The translations under genes and the position numbers were made by a program. Below the pieces are notes generated by a model that did not search any database, was not told the origin of the DNA, and was given only the letters and a program-made list of their open reading frames with translations. This document shows positions 58,134 through 64,000 of a DNA stretch of 64,000 nt, piece after piece (the stretch's first letter is position 1; every line of letters starts with the position of its first letter). This DNA comes from Chrysomallon squamiferum. Taxonomy: Eukaryota > Animalia > Mollusca. The stretch spans positions 10,478,001-10,542,000 of the forward strand of contig CM022678.1 of NCBI GenBank assembly GCA_012295275.1, in the 5' to 3' direction.

Positions 58134-61100
58134 TCACTTTGTTTTGGCCAATTTCAGTGCAATGAGAACCTCGTCAATACAGACGTCGCTTTCTCCCGAG
58201 GTGTCAACAAGTTTCACTGCTATGTTGTTGTCATCATTCTTGTACACTATGAGGGCGACCAAGTCTTTCTCGTGTACCAGCTCAGCAAACTTGTACTTCG
58301 CACTCTCAGACCACTGATTGTCTCCCAGTGGTTCAATACCTTGATTAGAAAAATAAATAATGTTAGTTTATCTAACTGGCTGCACAGTTATGACACATTC
58401 TTATACCATATATCTTAACCCTTTCACTGCAGTAATCAGACTTATCCTATCCAAATCTAACAATGTACATTTTAACACTTTTGCTGCGGTAAGCAGATGT
58501 ATCCTACAAAATTGTATACCATACATTTTAACCCTTTTGCTGCAGTTAGCAGATTTACCCCATGACTTTAAGAACTTCATGATTATGCTGTAAGAAATGG
58601 ACACAGCCCCAGAAACTTCCAAATGTCATAATTGGCAAATAAACAGAAATGACTAATTCCATAATTTTGGATGATAATTAACACCATTATGGGGATTACC
58701 ATGAAGTTTAATTATCCACTGAAAGGGTTAATAAGGGAATAAAATGAATGCATATTCAACAATTCAACCCATAACTGTAGTCTTGCTATTCTGTTGTTAT
58801 ACTTTATTATTAGCAAAGAACTGTCACATAGCAGAATAATAAGATAATAAGGCAAAATGATTTCAATCTTGCGTTGTTATCTGGACTGTAATTATAACAA
58901 TTGAATTTATGAGTTGTTGTTTTTTCTTGCAATAATCTCTTTACAGTGGAAATAACTGGATTAATTACTAAAAATCCTGTTCTGCTATCTTCAGAAAAAC
59001 ATTTAAAAAAAAATTAAAAATTAAAAATTAAACTGAAATACTTTAGATAACATTTCACAAAATGTCTTGCAAAAAAAAAAAAAAAAAAAAAAATTGCCAA
59101 GTTATATTATGAACAATCAAATTTTAAATATTATTTATATCAACCAGTCAGATTTTCACCTTGACCTTCAGTTACTGGAGTTGACAAGTAATAAGTATTT
59201 TATTATTGATTATTATTACGTCCCCCCCCCCAAAAAAATGTTTGTAATAAAGTTAATTCAGTTAAATAAATATATTACCGTGTAATTTTGCATTTATTGC
59301 AACAAAAGGAAGTTTTAAGAATTTGGCTGGTATATCAAATATTTCTGTGGCAGGCATGATGTTGAATGTGCCTTGGTCTGGCAGATACACAGAAGCCTAA
59401 AATAAAAAAATAAAATAAAATAAAAATGTACATGCACACACACACACGCACGCACACAATCTGTCTAATGAATGTCTGCATGACATGTTAAGAAGAAATG
59501 ATAAATAATAATAATAATAATAATAAGGTATTACTAAATATCTTTGTTTCTCAAAAGAAGCCTTTAATAATAATAAAATATAAAGCTCCTAAAAAAGCAT
59601 AGAAACTAATATTTCTCTTTTTCAATGAAATTTCACATTCAGTAAGGACCAAAAAAATCAGACATTAACACATGGAAGGTATGATAACTAGATAACCTTA
59701 ATTTTAATTTCTGTGTATAAAATGGCTTGGTGTCATTTTGTTTGTGTCAGTGTACAGAAATTGTGACCCAAACTAATCTATGTATGTATACAACTTTACC
59801 ATACAAAGTATATTTCTGTTTTTAATTTGGATATGTTTGTTTTTTTAACAAACAGTCTTAAATTTTTGTTATTCACTTAACTTTATTTTTCATCTTGACC
59901 AGAAATCTTTATTTTAATGAATAATTTTTAAAATTTAATTTGTTATCAACACTTTTCTCACCTCTCCATCCACAATATCTTTTAGAATAATTCGACACCA
60001 GATTCTTTCTATACAACCTGCATATATTTTATCTGGTTGCAAATTATCAACAGGCAAAGGAGCCAACTGAAAATAACAAAAAAAATTGGATACAGAGATA
60101 AGATAATTAAAGAATAAATTATAATTTAATTTTTCAATATCATAAATTGATAAAATCTATTTTTTAAATTTTTTTAGTAATATTTAGATATTTAATATTT
60201 CAATATGATATGACGCTCTAAGGAGAAATATTTAAATTCATGAAATATATTTTACAAAATATACAAAATTATATACAAAAATGTATAAACAAAACAAAAA
60301 ATCATTCTTGTTTTACTATCTTTTCCTAGTAATGCTACTGACAGTGATAAAATACAAACCATTGGAAGGCTGGAAAAATATTTGTTCAAATCTGCCATTG
60401 TTTGTTGATGCTCATCCATCATGTTGTAGAGTATGCACTGAAATTAATATATATATATATATACACACACACACAAACACATACATATACGCATACACAT
60501 ACATAAAATAAAAAGTTTAATAAACAAACATTAGTATCAAAGTGAATTATCATCCATATAAAGGGTTCTGTCTGATTCAGAAATATCCTAAGAGTTTTAT
60601 TGGTAAGAGATAATACTGCAGTCTAAATAATGTATTTAATTTTATTTTATTTCAGGTAATTACTGCTTACAAATGTAACGAACCTAGATCAAACCGTTTG
60701 ATTTCTGTAAAATAATAAAATAATAACTTACCACAAAATTATGTGGGTCCACCACCCAGAGAACGTGAATGTCGATGAAGTTTCTAGGACCAGGAATTGA
60801 AAGTTTAGGAGGTAACTGTAGCTGAGCTGTAGTATCAGCTTGTGCAGGACCACTGGAAGTGCAGTCACCATCAATTGTGCAGAGTCGGGCAGTGGAAAGA
60901 ACAGAATCATTTCTCCGTGAAACTTTATCTGGGATATCACCAGCTGTTTCACCAGCAGCTCCTTTCAACACATTGTCTCCTGACTCATCAGTACTATGTC
61001 TTGATGGGTTTTCTTTATCCAGGTCTACATTTCTTTCTGGTTTGTTATCACCAGATCCGTCTGCAGGGTCCTGGGTGGAGGGAGGGGTGTTTTTTCTGCT

Positions 61101-62189
61101 GTCCCACGTGTACAGACACTTCGACGTGGATGCTTCTGCCGAGTTTGATTCCTCTTCTTGCTGCTGATTTGAAGCATCGAGTGAATGAAGTTTTGAAATA
61201 TTGACCAAAGTGAAACGAGCATCACCTGAAGGTAACATTCCATCAGAGCCTCCTTTGAGTCCTTCAAAAGCTGAACAACGTTTACAACAAACAGGAGCTT
61301 TAGACGACAACAGAGAATCTCCAGACGGCAAAAGCAAACCTCTAGAGGCAGCATCAGCCAAATCCACTTCTATGTTACATCTGTAGCAAGCTCCGTAAGT
61401 CTGCTTCTTTGAATTAAAATTCATGTCAGTATCAGTGTATTCTTCCAAAGAAGGGTTTACTTTATCGTCCACTGAAACACTGGCCAACCTTCTGGTCACA
61501 TCACCAAAACCTGTGTCTTTAAAAGCAGCTGATGGATTGTGGGAACTATCTGATATCTCCTTGTAATCACCTCTGTCCTTGTTAGTTATTGACTGCGAAG
61601 AAACACTGGACTTCGCTGTCTCGTAGCTCTCTGAAGAATTTAGATCATACCCACCAGTTTCCACTTCACTTGCACTCTCTGAAGGAGTGCTAACAGAACA
61701 TTCTGAAAACAAAGACAGGTCTAATTTTTCTCCTTTCTTCATCAGCTCCATGGTAACCACCTGATTAATATTTATATCTTCTTCGCATTCTGTGTCGTAC
61801 AGGATTACAACTAAATCATCATCTCTGTAAAAAATAAAAATAAATACAAAAATGAAATAAACAAATTAAATAAAAAAAATTAAAAATTAAAGAATTCTCT
61901 TGATTTAGCTAAATAATAAAATAAATTTGTCAGCTGTGTCCAGTAACCATGTTATTCTGTGCACCATCATAACTATCAGAACTGAAGCAAAAAAACACAA
62001 CAATTAACTGATAAAAAAATATTTTTATAGATCTAACCTGCTAACAATGTCAGCCACTAACACTTTAGCGAGGGCCATGTCCAGCAAAAGTTCAACAGCA
62101 GTAGCTTTGTTTTCAAGATTTTCAAGATTTTCAAGACCGTACAGAACACACTGAAATGCCTGAAATAAATAAATAAATAAACAAATATA

Positions 62190-62224
<35 letters not shown>

Positions 62225-62333
62225 AACATCAAATGAAACTAAGTTTGACAAAGTTTGAATCTTCATTAAAAAAACAATGATAATAATTTATATATGTATG
62301 TGTGTGTGTATATGTCTCCATGTGCATGTATGT

Positions 62334-62386
<53 letters not shown>

Positions 62387-63662
62387 TATATATAAATTAA
62401 TAAAAAAATAGTAATAATAAGAATATGCACATTCTTTTCAAATTTTCTGATAGTAAAAATGTGATGAAAACAAAAGTTAACATGGAAATCATAGTTATCA
62501 AATCAAAAAGTTAAAACAAAAATTTCAATCTGACAATGAAATATATAGCCAGATATAATTATAACAACAAAATAATTAATAACTGCACCTGATATGGAAG
62601 TGTTTTGTTTATTTCTGGTGGAAGTGGTCTTAGCTTGGATAGGTCAACAAATTCCTTGTCGCCATGGTCACAGTACATTACAAACGCCTGTAAACAGAAA
62701 AAAAACAGAATAACTGTTGGACTGATGATTTAAGTGGAATTCTTAGGACATGATTTGTTTTTTAAAAAGTAGACCACTTTTGATTTTTGTAATATTTACA
62801 ATCTGGAATGGCCTTAGTGTGATCATGAGGATGATTAAAAATTTTAAAAAATTTTAAAAATTTGTTAAGATGCTTCAGATCTTTATTATATATAATTAAT
62901 ACAATTTAGAATTTGTATTTATTGAGGAAGTAAGATAAATAAATAATGTATAATATTTAAAGTCTAAATAACAAAATAGCTACGCAAAGAATATGTATGT
63001 ATATGTTTATGGATATATATATATATAAAATATTAATACCTTATTGTCTTCAACAGAGAGAACTTGGACTCTGTGGTAGAGTGTCTCAGAATTCAATATA
63101 TACATCATTCCTTCTGTTACCATGGTTACAGGTTTCAGTTTTTGGTAGATCTGTGCCATCTGGTTCTCTAATTGCTCCAGTTTGTCCTGAAATTTCAAAA
63201 CATATTTTTTCATCACTGATAAGAGGTAAAAACATTAATTCAAAATAACTTTTTGTTGCGGAAACAATAACAACAGTAAAAATTGGTACCCAAAGGTTTA
63301 TTCTGATATTTCCAGATAAAGATATTTTAATTTTTTTATTTTTTATTAATAGGACTATTGATAAAAGTAAAAAACTGTTTCTAATATAAAAAAACCTTTA
63401 ATATTTAAAATTATCTTTAATTTCAAAAGATATATTTCATCACTGGAACTATAATAAACATTCAGAATAGTAAAAGGTTGAAGATTACTTTAAAAAAATA
63501 CACTGACAAAGACTGCTTTAAAAAAAAAATTGATGAAGATTATTCAAAAAAAATTACTCACAGAATATTGCTCTCCAACCAGCCTTATGCTCACTTCAAG
63601 ACTGGGTGAGAGAAATGAAACATAAACATCCCATAATTTGTCATCAGGGAGAATCAGGTCAT
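58134..63662 (-). CDS. TDRD7: Tudor domain-containing protein, TDRD7/Tapas-like; 3' part only (5' end outside the window)
   Basis: Exons 63662-63562, 63186-63040, 62687-62589, 62159-62038, 61824-60732, 60437-60360, 60066-59962, 59396-59279, 58339-58134. Extended Tudor motifs RLVGEQYS, YHRVQV, YCDHGD, LPYQAFQCVLYGLE, LYDT..EDINI, LPPKLSIP..VDPHNFV, VKLVDTS. The Tudor call is firm; TDRD7 orthology is from recalled similarity. Confidence 0.75.
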
Positions 63663-64000
63663 CTGAAAGAGATTTCATAAAAGTTGCTTTTTTATCATTA
63701 TTTAAATTGTGTGGATAAAATTTGAAATTAAAAGGAATATTAAATAACGTTATTTGTTTATTAAGGAAATAATAAAATAAAATAAAATAACAATAAAGTT
63801 TATTTAGTCTGCCAAACTTAATTTACAGAAATAATAAAATAAAAAGGAAAAGTAATTACAGAAGTGAGAGATTAGATAAAGAGGTACAGACGTGCATGTA
63901 AAGAAAGAGACAGAAAAAGACAGAGGGAGACATTAAAATACACAGTGAAAGAATGAGAAAAAGAAGAAATAATAGAAACAAAACAAATAAGAACAGATAT

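Noticed and set aside
58041-61386. Plus-strand ORFs overlapping the Tudor gene
   Set aside because: Antisense shadows of real minus-strand exons.

Overview
AT-rich, microsatellite-rich, intron-containing animal genomic DNA (probably an invertebrate; the taxon cannot be fixed from this window). Five spliced genes can be assembled by hand: a Myb/SANT-like (MSANTD4/NAIF1-type) gene (-) head-to-head with a 20-exon ribophorin II gene RPN2 (+); a TPD52-family gene (-) head-to-head with SF3B6 (+); and the 3' part of a TDRD7-like Tudor gene (-). Most ORFs in the supplied track are microsatellite or intron artefacts. The main hidden content is an intronic snoRNA system. RPN2 introns carry six near-identical U17/snR30 (SNORA73) copies, three C/D guides matching the 18S Gm1328-equivalent site, an orphan C/D candidate and an H/ACA guide matching the 18S Psi863-equivalent site. 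Two paralogs of that H/ACA RNA sit in TPD52 introns on the opposite strand. The most novel item is a seventh, strongly diverged U17 paralog (14950-15190). It keeps the U17 helices, H box and ACA box but has replaced the m1/m2 pre-rRNA processing motifs with a pocket complementary to a different conserved 18S segment (UUGCAAAGC-U-GAAACU). This suggests a processing snoRNA re-programmed as a new guide. The window also holds a 5-kb satellite with a 44-bp unit, a minisatellite built from a splice donor and a 21-nt TPD52 microexon. rRNA and reference snoRNA/protein sequences and numbering are recalled from memory, not searched.
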